Below, one piece after another: positions 10,701 to 22,700 of a stretch of 32,569 bases of DNA. Positions within the stretch are counted from its first letter, which is position 1, and each line of letters starts with the position of its first letter. This stretch comes from an uncultured virus (IMG/VR IMGVR_UViG_2049941000_000863) (lineage: Duplodnaviria; Heunggongvirae; Uroviricota; Caudoviricetes), in IMG/VR virus record IMGVR_UViG_2049941000_000863. One strand, given 5' to 3'. The notes below the pieces were generated by a model. The model saw only the letters and a list, made by a program, of their open reading frames with translations. It was not told the origin of the DNA and did no database searches. The position numbers and the translations under genes are program-made.

Positions 10701-13700
10701 AGGAGATGTCCATTGTCCGTCTGACGGGCGACAGGCTGACCAAAGACGAGTTCAAGCAACTCAAATCCCGTGCAAAGGAACTTGGCGGCTACTATTCGTC
10801 TTATGGCGGTGCCAAGGGATTCCTGTTCGAGAACGAGGAAGACGCAATCAAGTTCAACACAATAAACGCACCTGAAAATGCCGAACAACAAACCGATGTC
10901 GAGACAGCAGCAGATACAGCAACTATTGTCAGCGAAGCGGCATCTATTGCAGTCGAAGCGCAATCTCTTGCGGAAGCAGAGGGCACAGGAGAGCAAGCAG
11001 CCGCAGAAGTAGTCACCCGTATAGACAACGCCCTGGAGTCCATCGACGACCAACTCGCCCTGCTCGGATACTACAAGGCTGACCAGACCGAACCGTTCCA
11101 TGAGAGTTACGGCTACATGAAGTCTGCCGAGAAGAAGGCCGTGAAGGATGCAGACAAGTTGGCTAAAAGACTGGCTGCGGATTTGGGACTCAATGTCGGT
11201 CGGAAGCAACTCGCCAAGGCTAATATCGCGCCTGCCGGTGGTGATGTGACCTTCCGGCTCCCTCTCAATGAGGGGCGTGAACTCTATGTGGACATCCACA
11301 TGGAACCGGATGCAGATGATAGTCTCATGATCCGCGGACTGGCCGTAGGTATTCAGGGACTTGACATCATGTATCGTGTCGAGAATCCCTCCGCTACCGG
11401 AGCCGAAAAATACGGACGGAATTACTACACCAGTTATAATGCAACCTATGACGAAATCCTCCGTGGTGTCCGGAATGCCGCTCGCGATTATCTGCCGGAG
11501 TCACAAGTCCAAACAGGTCCTGTCGATGTACTGCAAGTCGCTAAAGAACAGGCCGANNNNNNNNNNATGAGGTAAACACCGACGCGCCTGCCGCCAGGGT
11601 CAAGCCGACCGAGGTGAACGGATACAGGATTGGGGAGAAGGTTCAGTACAGGCCCAGCCAGGGAGACCGTTCCACCCAGGAGGCTACCATTTACGATTTC
11701 GAGAATGACGGACGGCCCGTGCTTGATGCCGGCCTCGCTCCAGTTCTCTATGAGGTTGTAGAGTGGGAGCAGATAAGCAAGATTGAAGAACCTGTAAACG
11801 ATACAGACAATGACCGTAGTGAACAACCACAAGGAGTACCAGCAGGCACTGGAAGCCAAGGCGAAAGCGCTGGGCAAGAAAGTGTCCGACCTGACCGAGG
11901 CGGAGAAGGAGGACGCGAGGGAGACCTTCATGGCCGCTCACGGGCTCTGCGACCTCGATATGATGATTCCGTAAAGCGGAATACACGCAACAATCGCGTT
12001 GCGAAGGGCGAGGTCGTCTATCCCAAGACACCTGCCGCACGATTCAAGGCAAATATCGCCGCCATCCGTCTGCTGAAAGAATTGCAGGATAGCGGAAAGA
12101 ACGCGACCAAGGAACAAATGGCCGTGCTCCGTCAATATACCGGCTGGGGTGGTCTTGGCGGTTACTTCAACAACGAATACTCTGCGGAACACCGTGAACT
12201 CAAATCCTTGCTTACCGATGAGGAAATGGAGGCCGCGGCCCTTTCCATCAACACGGCATACTACACCCCTGTCGAGGTCATTGACAACATGTGGGAGGTA
12301 GCAAAGCGTCTCGGTTTCCAGGGCGGCAATATCCTCGAAGGGTCTGCTGGAACTGGTGCTATCCTTGCCTCCATGCCGAAAAACATCAGCGAGCGTAGCG
12401 CAATCACCGCCGTCGAATTGGACAACATCACGGGCGGCATCCTCGGTCTCCTGTACCCTGACGCAACGGTGCATGTGCAGGGATTCCAGGAAACGGACAT
12501 CCCCAATGGAAGCATAGACCTTGCCATTACCAATGTTCCGTTCGGGGACATCAATGTCTATGATTCCAAGGAAAAGGACATCACGAGGAAGTTCGGAGGC
12601 AAGATCCACGACTTCTGCATCGCGAAGAATATCCGCAAACTCGCCCCAGGCGGTCTCGGCATCTTCATCTCAACCCGTGGCACGCTGGATAACAGCAGCA
12701 AGGCACTTCGCCAGTGGATTGTGAACGAGGGAGAGGCCGATGTAATCGGAGCGTTCCGTCTGAACAATGAGACCTTCGAGGGAACCGGAGCAACTTCCGA
12801 CATCATCGTAGTCCGCAAGCGCGTCAATGGCAAGGTGTCTCCCAACGCGATTGATGTGACCGACACGCAGATCACCCGTCGCGAGGATTATGTGCTTGAC
12901 GATAGGGAATGGAATCCCAAGACCCGCGCCTATGAGTACAAGACCGGAAAGGCGGCGATGGAACTCAATACCTATTTCGTTGAGCACCCGGAGAACATGG
13001 GCGGCGAAATGGGATTCGGATTCGAGCACAAGGATACCTATCGCCCCGGAAGTTCCGCGCTCTGGCCGTCCGAGAAGATTGACCAGAACAAGCGTCTTGC
13101 GAAATGGGCGAAGCAGTTCTCGTCCATGCAAGTTGAGGAGCAGGCCGTCACCGCTCCGGCCGAAACCGAAGTGGAGGAATCCAATGCGACCAAGGAAGGA
13201 CAACTTGTCACCAACTCCAAGGGAGAGATATGTATCTCCCGCAGCGGAAAGGCGATTCCCTTGGGCGTTAATGCCCAGAAAGTGAAGGGATATTCCAAGG
13301 CGCAGGTGCTTTCTGACTACAACGCGCTGAAAACAGCCATCAACGAAGTCCTGGACTATCAGTTGAAGAATGAGTCGGACGAAGGATTGAAGCCTCTCCT
13401 GTCGAAACTGAACAGGGCGTACGACACCTTTGCGCACCGCTATTCCAGACTGAACCGCAACACGGCCATTTCGTTCCTTCGCAACGATGTGGACTTCCCG
13501 GCTATCGCCGCCGTGGAGGACTACAAGGAGAAGAAAACCATTGACGGCAAGGTGTTATATCCCGTACANNNNNNNNNNATGTGAAGAAAACCAGCATCTT
13601 CTCCGGTCGTGTCCTTGGTGCGAAGCGCGTCCCGACCCCGAAGGACGCGAAGGACGGCGTTATCGTGTCCATGAACCAGTTCGGTCGGATTGATGTACCA

Positions 13701-16700
13701 TTCATCGCAGACGCGCTCAACAAGGACGAGGATACCGTGCGTCAGGAAATCCTCGATAGCGGTCTTGGATTCGAGAATCCGCTGACCGGCGGCATCGAGG
13801 TTGANNNNNNNNNNNNNNNNNNNNNNNNNNNNNNNNNNNNNNNNNNNNNNNNNNNNNNNNNNNNNNNNNNNNNNNNNNNNNNNNNNNNNNNNNNNNNNNN
13901 NNNNNNNNNNNNNNNNNNNNNNNNNNNNNNNNNNNNNNNNNNNNNNNNNNNNNNNNNNNNNNNNNNNNNNNNNNNNNNNNNNNNNNNNNNNNNNNNNNNN
14001 NNNNNNNNNNNNNNNNNNNNNNNNNNNNNNNNNNNNNNNNNNNNNNNNNNNNNNNNNNNNNNNNNNNNNNNNNNNNNNNNNNNNNNNNNNNNNNNNNNNN
14101 NNNNNNNNNNNNNNNNNNNNNNNNNNNNNNNNNNNNNNNNNNNNNNNNNNNNNNNNNNNNNNNNNNNNNNNNNNNNNNNNNNNNNNNNNNNNNNNNNNNN
14201 NNNNNNNNNNNNNNNNNNNNNNNNNNNNNNNNNNNNNNNNNNNNGAACCGCGCTGCCGGTGTTCGCAGTAATGTGCTGAACATCGACAAGCGAGGGCATG
14301 AACTCATGATCGCGGCCATGAACAATAGTTCCGTCGTGTTCTCGCGTTCCTACAAGGACCCCGTGACGGGCCAGACCATCACGGAACATGACAAGGAGGC
14401 AACGCAGGCCGCTACCGCGAAGATGTCCGAGATGAGAGACGATTTCAAGGAATGGGCGCGCGCAAAGATGCTGGACGAACCGGAACTTGCCCAGCGTATC
14501 GGGAAGGTGTACAACGACACTTTCAACGCGATTGTCCCGAAAGAAATCAAGGACACATTCCTCCCTGCTCATTTCGAGGGCATGGCCACCAAACTGAACA
14601 ACGGCAAGGAACTCCACCTGCGCGAACATCAGTCCAAGGCGGTTATCCGTGGCACGACCGAGCCGCTTATGCTGGCTCACGAAGTCGGAACCGGAAAGAC
14701 CTTCACGCTCATAGCGACCGCGATGGAGATGCGCCGGCTCGGTACGGCAAAGAAACCCATGATTGTCGTGCAGAACGCGACACTGGGCCAGTTTGTCAGT
14801 TCAGCGAAGGAACTCTATCCGAACGCTAAGGTTCTAACCATTTCCGAAGCAGACCGCACCGTTGAGGGGCGCACAGCCTTCTATGCAAAAATCAAGTACA
14901 ACGACTGGGACATGATTATCGTCCCGCAGTCGGTGTTCGAGATGATTCCGGATAGCGAGGAACGCCAGCGTGCGTTCATCCAGGAGAAGATTGACGAGAA
15001 GATGTTCATCCTCGAACAGGCAAAGCAGGCCAATAATGCCAGTGCTGAGCGTCAGTTGAAGAAGGAACTGGAAGACCTGCAGTATGAATACCAGTATGGC
15101 GAGAAGCCGCCGAAGAAGGGCAAGGCAGGTAAGAAAGATGCGAAGAAGGAAGCCGAGGCGAAAGTCAATGCCGCTGCAAGGGCGCAGAAACAACTCGACC
15201 GCAGGACGGACGATGTGTCCGACTTCGACGACATGGGCATTGATGCACTGCTTGTCGATGAGGCCCATTCCTACAAGCACCTTGGATTCTCGACCGCCAT
15301 GCAGCGCGGAGTTAAAGGCGTGGATTCTACGGGCTCCAAGAAATCTGCCGGCGTATATCTCAAGACTCGCGCTGTCTTTGATAAGGCCGGCTGGAAGAAT
15401 GTAATCTTTGCGACAGGTACGCCTATATCCAACACCGCAGCGGAGATCTGGACCTTCATGAAGTACCTCATGCCGGACGACATGATGCGTCAGAACCATA
15501 TCTACTACTTCGATGATTTCGTCCGCAACTTCGGTAACATCGCGCAAAGCCTGGAGTTCACGACAAGTGGCAAGTTCAAGGAGAACACCAGATTTGCCTC
15601 TTACACCAACCTGCCCGAACTTATCCGCATCTGGTGGTCGGTTTGCGATACTGTCCGTTCCGAGGATGCCGTGGCCGAGGGTGGCGAGAAACTGGAGGAC
15701 AAGCAACCGAAGATGGAAAACTGGACGGGCGCGGATGGGCGCGAGCATGTGAACCAGGCCCGTGACATCTATCTGCCTCAGTCCGGTTCGCTTGTGGACA
15801 TCATGAACTATGTCCGTCAGCACCTCGAAGAGTACGAAAAAATGTCCGGTAAGGAGAAGAAGGAGAACAGCCATATCCCGCTTACCATGTTCGGCAGGGC
15901 ANNNNNNNNNNGAGGAAGGCGAGTTCGACAATCCTGTGGCCGTCCTTTCCGGAAGTCAGTATGCGCTGCTGAAATCGCAGGCCGAGCGCGAACTGCGTAA
16001 ACTCCGCAACAAGAAGGAGCAGTACAGGCAGGACCAGATTTACATCGAGCGCACACTGAAAGACAATAACAACCGGATAGAATACGACAAGAAACTCATT
16101 GACGAGGCAAAGGCGAACCTTGCCAAGGTAAAGAGCACTTTCCCGGACGGCAGCGTGAAGGAAATCACAATCTCTGGCCGTAAGGCGAAGGGTGCGGAGC
16201 AGATTGGGGAGGCTATCAAGGAAAAGATTACCGGGCCGCTTCGCGAACTGGTGGAGCGTCGTAGGAACGATCGCGGATTCACGACCGAGGACAAGCATTA
16301 TACCATGACCTTCGACGGCGTTTCCGTTGATGTGAAGGTTGGTATAGACCGCACTCAGGAGTGGAACGACAAGACCTACCAGTACAAGCCTGTCATGCGA
16401 ACCCGCGTAGAGTATTCCTGCCCGTCCATCGGGCTTGTAGGGCACTATATCATGGGCGGCATGAACGGAATCAAAGACATTCCACAGGAATTTATCGCTA
16501 CATTCGCATCCGGGAAATACTTTGAGCAGGCCGTCACCAACCTGGAAAATACAATCTCCCGTCTCAATGCGGACAACGACTTGATGCTGCAGCGTCGCGG
16601 TAAGCCTTTCGCCGACGAGGACAAACTTCAGAAGCAGGAGGAAGTCGTCAAGGACTACACCGAGAAGATGAAGGCTGAAATGGCCGAAAAGGAAAAGAAG

Positions 16701-19700
16701 TACGCTGAAATGGCAAATCATGGCACACCCAACGAAATGGCCGGTTTGAGTCAGCGGCTTGAAGGTGTAGTCATGGACGAGGACGAGGACGGTGAAGGAG
16801 AGACGCACAATAGCGAAGTAAATAGGAATGCGCCGAAGTTGAATATGAATGATCCTACCGTAGTCGCACAGGCCGTTTCTTCCGTGAACAGACTTGCAAA
16901 GCGACTTGGACTTCGTGTCGTATTCGATAGCGGACTGCAAAGCAAGGGTGCGTACACCGAAGGCACCGACTTCGTGCGAATCAATCTTGCCAACTGCGAA
17001 TCCGTGGACGATGCCGTTGAAACCCTGCTCCATGAAGGTGTGGCCCATTTTGGACTGCGCGAAATGCTCGGCGAACAGGGGATGAAGGACTTCATCGCAG
17101 ATGTCCTGGAAAAGGCTGCTCCAAGCATCCGTGCGAAGATTCAGGACATGGCCGAAGAAAACGACTGGACCCTGGAATACGCAGCCGAGGAATCCGATGA
17201 GGAAATGGAGGCCGNNNNNNNNNNNNNNNNNNNNNNNNNNNNNNNNNNNNNNNNNNNNNNNNNNNNNNNNNNNNNNNNNNNNNNNNNNNNNNNNNNNNNN
17301 NNNNNNNNNNNNNNNNNNNNNNNNNNNNNNNNNNNNNNNNNNNNNNNNNNNNNNNNNNNNNNNNNNNNNNNNNNNNNNNNNNNNNNNNNNNNNNNNNNNN
17401 NNNNNNNNNNNNNNNNNNNNNNNNNNNNNNNNNNNNNNNNNCATTGCAGGACTGGCGCAAAAGACCGACTACACAAAGGCCGAGCGTGGCCTGTGGCGCA
17501 GGATACTTGAAGCCGTCCGCAATCTCATTTCCACCATTACGGGCAGGGATACCTACATCACGGATGATACTATCCGAGAAATGCTTGTCGCCTCTTACGC
17601 CCGTCTGGAGGAAGAAGCGGCCAATACTTTCGAGAATAGCCTTAAGAGACAAATCGAAGGAACGCTCCCGGCAGGCTATGTTCATAAACTTGGCCTCCCT
17701 GGTGCCATTCTCCGTAGTGTAGGCGTGCCGAACATGCCTATCAATCTTGCCGCATCCCGTCTTGCCGAAAAAGCGAATAATCACGATTACACACTCGATG
17801 AGTTAAGTGGCCTTGTAGATGCAATCAATAATCCAATTGCGGTTTTTGCAAGGGGTAAGGGCGATGATGTGGCGAGAGACCTTATCGTTGAGATAGAACA
17901 CAATGGGAAAAACTTTGTCGTCGGCCTGTATCTGAATCCCGTGGTTGGCGGTCAGCGACTGGAGATTAACAGTATCAGGACTGTTTATCCGAAGGATACG
18001 GACGAGTGGGTGCGCTGGATCAAGTATGGCCGGGCAAAGTATCTGGACAAAGAAAGAATCAAGGCCATCATTGCCGAACAGCGAATGACTTTCGCTGACG
18101 TCAGCAGTGATGACCTGAATGNNNNNNNNNNAATATAATTGATTTTTTTGAGAATCCAAATACTTCCGGCATTTATGATGAAGGAGTTACGCATTATCGA
18201 CTCCGCACTAAACCTGCTCCCAAGAAAACCGGCATAGGCTATAAGGTGTTCTATCGTGGAAAAGACGGGAAACTCTATCCTCCTATGGTCGCCAATCCCA
18301 ATGGCGAGGCAACACCCGTTGGAGTATGGCTTGATGCAGATGCGGCACCTGTGGCTGGTCAGAGCAAAACGGGCCGTCCACAAGTCAAGGCAGGCGGCAA
18401 AGGAACGCAGGGTGGAAGTGGTACGCTCGCATATCGTCCTGGCTGGCATCTTGGCGAAATCCCTTACGCTATCCAGTTCAACAGGATTAACCCTGCGAAT
18501 GGTCAGAAAGAACTGTTCCCGCGTGACTTTGTTTGGGCCGAGGTTGAATATGCTGCCGACAACGACTATCAGAAGGACGCTGAGGCCGAAGGCATCAATG
18601 CAAACGGTAAGTTCCAGCACTCCCTTGCCGGATTGAAACGGGTCCCGGAAGATGGTTTTTACCGATACCGCACTAACCCGAATCCGGAAACCGACCCCTG
18701 GATTATCACCGGAGCCATGAAGGTCAATCGCATCCTCTCGAACGATGAAGTGGACGAGATTGTCCGTGCTGCCGGGCGTGAACCGCAATTACGCGAGGGG
18801 GATGTGGTACGAAACCGCGTCGCTGGCGTGGACGGCTTCATTTCCAATGCGGAGGCTGCGGTCAATGCAATCCAGATGGAGAAGGCTACTCCCCAGCAGT
18901 GGTTGAAGATGATTGAGGGCAAGGGCGGTCTCAAAGCCGGAGAGGACAAGTGGATTGGCCTGTCCGATTGGCTCGAAGCCTCAGACCGCAAGACGCTCAC
19001 CAAGCAGGAGGTCCTGGAATATATCAATCAGAACAAGATTCAGATTGATGATGTGGCCTACACTGATGCGGACAATATCCCGATGGGCGGCGATAATGAG
19101 TGGAATCAGATAGTTGAGCAGCGTTATGGACGCGATGTTTTCTCGGCTTTCCGTTTCTATCCTGGGGACGGAGGAACCTCCACGGAGTTCGTGGACGAGG
19201 ATGTGGCTGCGGATGTTTATCGCAGACTCCAACATGATTACGACTATGACTACCAGATTGTGACTCCAAACGAAGGACAGCCGTATTCTCGGCTCGATAT
19301 GTATTGGATGAAACAGATAGCAGAAAGGATTGCTGATTATGGAGACGGCCAGATGCGCATCAAATATGGTAGAACCATTCATCCTACCAGGATTACTTAT
19401 ACTACGGATGGCCTTTCCAACAAGCGCGAGATCGCGCTGACCGTCCCGACGATTGAGCCGTGGAATCAGCAAGACAATATCCATTTCGGCGATGCTGGTG
19501 AGGGGCGTGCTATCGCGTGGGCAAGGTTCGGTGATGCCTTCGTGGACGAAGAAGTTGTCGTGAAACCCGAAGATAAGGCCGAACTTGAACGCCTGAATAA
19601 GAAAGTCAAGGATGCTTTCGATAAGGCAGACAAGGAACCTTCGGACGAAAACCGTGATGCTTTCTTAGCCGCAAGGGACGAAAGGGACGCTTTTGCTGGA

Positions 19701-22700
19701 CGGACTAATGCCCGTGGTGGGATCAGACGGCGCAGGGTGCTTTTCATCNNNNNNNNNNAAATCGCAAAGAAGCACGGTGTGGAAGTCGAAACGCTCGACG
19801 ATGTGGCGACATCGGAAGAAAAACAACGAGCCGCGGATTACAATAATCGAATTTCCGAGTTAAGGAAACAAGGTGGTGTTCCTGCCGCACCCTTTGAGAA
19901 GAACTGGCACGAACTGGCCATGAAGCGGATGCTCCGTCTTGCTGCCGAGGAAGGATACGACTATGTGGCATGGACTACCGGCAACCAGCAGTCTGAAAGA
20001 TACAATATCGGGGGCGTTGTCGAAGAGATTGGGAGAATGAAAGATAGGAACCTCAATGAAAAGCAGTTCATAGTCTTTCTGAAAGGTAGAGACCATTCAA
20101 AATACATTACCACGGACGATAATGGAAATGTCGTATCTACGACTGTAGCAGACTTCAATGGGAAGAACCTATCAGAGATAGTCGGGAAGGAACTTTCCGT
20201 CAAGATGCTCTCAATGAAAGAAGGCGATTTCATCCGCGGTGATAATCTCCGTATAGGTGGACAGGGCATGAGGGGTTTCTATGACGAGATCCTGCCGCGC
20301 TTTATGAACAAGTACGGCAAAAAATGGGGTGTGTCCACCAATGATTTGCTTGTTGGCCTTAACCGTGGACTTTTCGTTGAGGCTCATGCCGTCAGGGTCA
20401 CTCCGGAAATGCGTGAATCCGTCATGCAGGGCCAGATGATGTTCCGTTTCATCGGTGAAAAGGGAGCGGACAGGGCAGATGCAGTAAGCCCCATTGAGCG
20501 CCGTATGGAAACGGTCGAAGTGCCGAGGAAGGGTCTTGCTAAACTTTTCGGCAGCAAGAAGTTCAAGACGGTTGAAACTGCGGTCACGCGGATTGACAAC
20601 CTCAATATCGCAAAGAAGATGCAGGCAGACGGGATAAGACCGGAGGACATCAAACGGGCAACCGGGTGGGAAGTTGGCAGGGACGGAAAATGGAGATACG
20701 AGGAAAGCGATGTGTCCATAAATGAAGACTTCCTCCAACACATACAGGGAAAGAGCCTTGACGAACTGTCCAGCGAGACATATCCGCTCGGCCAGATTTT
20801 GAAAGACGGGCAAGCGAAGGATATGCTTTTCACCGAGTATCCCGAACTCTCCGAAATCAAGGTGTCTTTCTATAACGATTCCTGGTTCGATTTTTTCAAC
20901 TTGACAAGGGGATATTATAACCCCGTCACCAAGAAACTGATGCTTAACCCCAAGGGGGCAGGTTGGCTATTTACCAAGAAGCCGGATGCGAAGGAACTGT
21001 CCAGCACAATGCTCCACGAGATACAACATGTGATACAACATATCGAGGGATTCGCACAGGGCGGCAACACTTCAATCGTGGACAAGTATGGTAATATAGC
21101 GGAACTGAAGTCAAGGCAGGAGCAGATAGCGCAAAGAATTGAGGAAATCCTTAACTCCGATGACAAGTATCGCGAACTCAACGAACGATATGAGCGAATG
21201 AAGGACGAGGAAAGCGATGGGTATAAGGAGCATCAAAAAAGGTGGAACGATGCTGTCGCAAAGTTCGAGGCCGAGGATGAGGAATACCAAAAGAGGTGGA
21301 ATGAGACGGAAGATAGGATTGCCGAGGTAAGGAAGGCAAGGCTCGCAAAGAAAATGAGCGATGAAGATGCGACGAAGGAACTCCAAAAACAAGCCGACAT
21401 AAGGTGGGAACTTCTCAAGAACAAACCACGCTATCCAANNNNNNNNNNNNNNNNNNNNNNNNNNNNNNNNNNNNNNNNNNNNNNNNNNNNNNNNNNNNNN
21501 NNNNNNNNNNNNNNNNNNNNNNNNNNNNNNNNNNNNNNNNNNNNNNNNNNNNNNNNNNNNNNNNNNNNNNNNNNNNNNNNNNNNNNNNNNNNNNNNNNNN
21601 NNNNNNNNNNNNNNNNNNNNNNNNNNNNNNNNNNNNNNNNNNNNNNNNNNNNNNNNNNNNNNNNNNNNNNNNNNNNNNNNNNNNNNNNNNNNNNNNNNNN
21701 NNNNNNNNNNNNNNNNNNNNNNNNNNNNNNNNNNNNNNNNNNNNNNNNNNNNNNNNNNNNNNNNNNNNNNNNNNNNNNNNNNNNNNNNNNNNNNNNNNNN
21801 NNNNNNNNNNNNNNNNNNNNNNNNNNNNNNNNNNNNNNNNNNNNNNNNNNNNNNNNNNNNNNNNNNNNNNNNNNNNNNNTGTCGCGACAATGACGATGTG
21901 GTGCGCACCGTCCTTCACGAAGGGGTCGGCCACAACGGACTGCGCAGGCTCATCGGTAACGAGAATATGCGAGACTTCTGCCTCGACTTGTTCATCAGCC
22001 TGCCGAAAGCCGTGCGTGCCAAGATTGCGAACGATGCGGTAACGAAGTATGGCGGTAATGTCGTGGAATCAGTGGAGCGTTTTGCCGCAAACGATGTTAT
22101 CCGCGAGGTGGGAAAGGAAGCCATGTTCGAGTCCACCGAGGAATGGTTGGCCGAAACTTCCGAAACAATCGACTATAAAAACTATCGCAGGAATGTGTGG
22201 GACATCATCCGTGATGCCCTGCGCAGGGTGCTGGCGAAAGTCGGAATCAATGTCCCCTTATCCATCCGCGATGTGAAATGGCTGATGGTCCAGTCCGCTA
22301 TGGCGAACCATGAGACGGACCCGACGGTCGAGGCAAGACGGCAGGTAGTAGCCAACGCGCTCGGATTTACGCTGAAACAACAGTCCGAAAAATACGAGGC
22401 CGTACAACTTTCCAGAAACAGGATCGCAGAAGAAACCCTGGCACCTGCGGCTCGGATATATAACAAGGATGTGCTGTACTGGTTCAACCGCCTACATGAG
22501 ACATGGGTGGACAAAGACAATGCCGTCCACCAACTTGTGAACGCAATCGAGAAGGCGACCGGAAAGGCTGCAAAGGCTTTCGAGGACATCCGTCTCGCGC
22601 TGAACCAACAGAGTTCCAAGGGTCTTGCCGCAATCGAGAAGTTCGAGCGAGAGTGCTGGGCACCCATGCAGGAGGCCATCCGTTCACTCATGAATGAAAA

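Noticed and set aside
15890..15920. Helicase apparently lacks motifs IV-VI (pseudogene or deletion)
   Set aside because: The missing lobe coincides exactly with a 10-N placeholder gap, so it is probably unassembled sequence.
17194..17214. 21-bp exact repeat CCGATGAGGAAATGGAGGCCG shared with 12215-12235
   Set aside because: It sits at a contig end. Removing it lets ...GCAGCCGAGGAAT join CATTGCAGG (17442) with one base to give AAEEYIAG, the expected peptidase helix. Most likely a chimeric assembly tip and inflated gap, not a biological repeat.
18175..18237. 20-aa +1 ORF MMKELRIIDSALNLLPRKPA after the MuF-C domain
   Set aside because: Too short to distinguish from chance and overlaps domain-like main-frame sequence.
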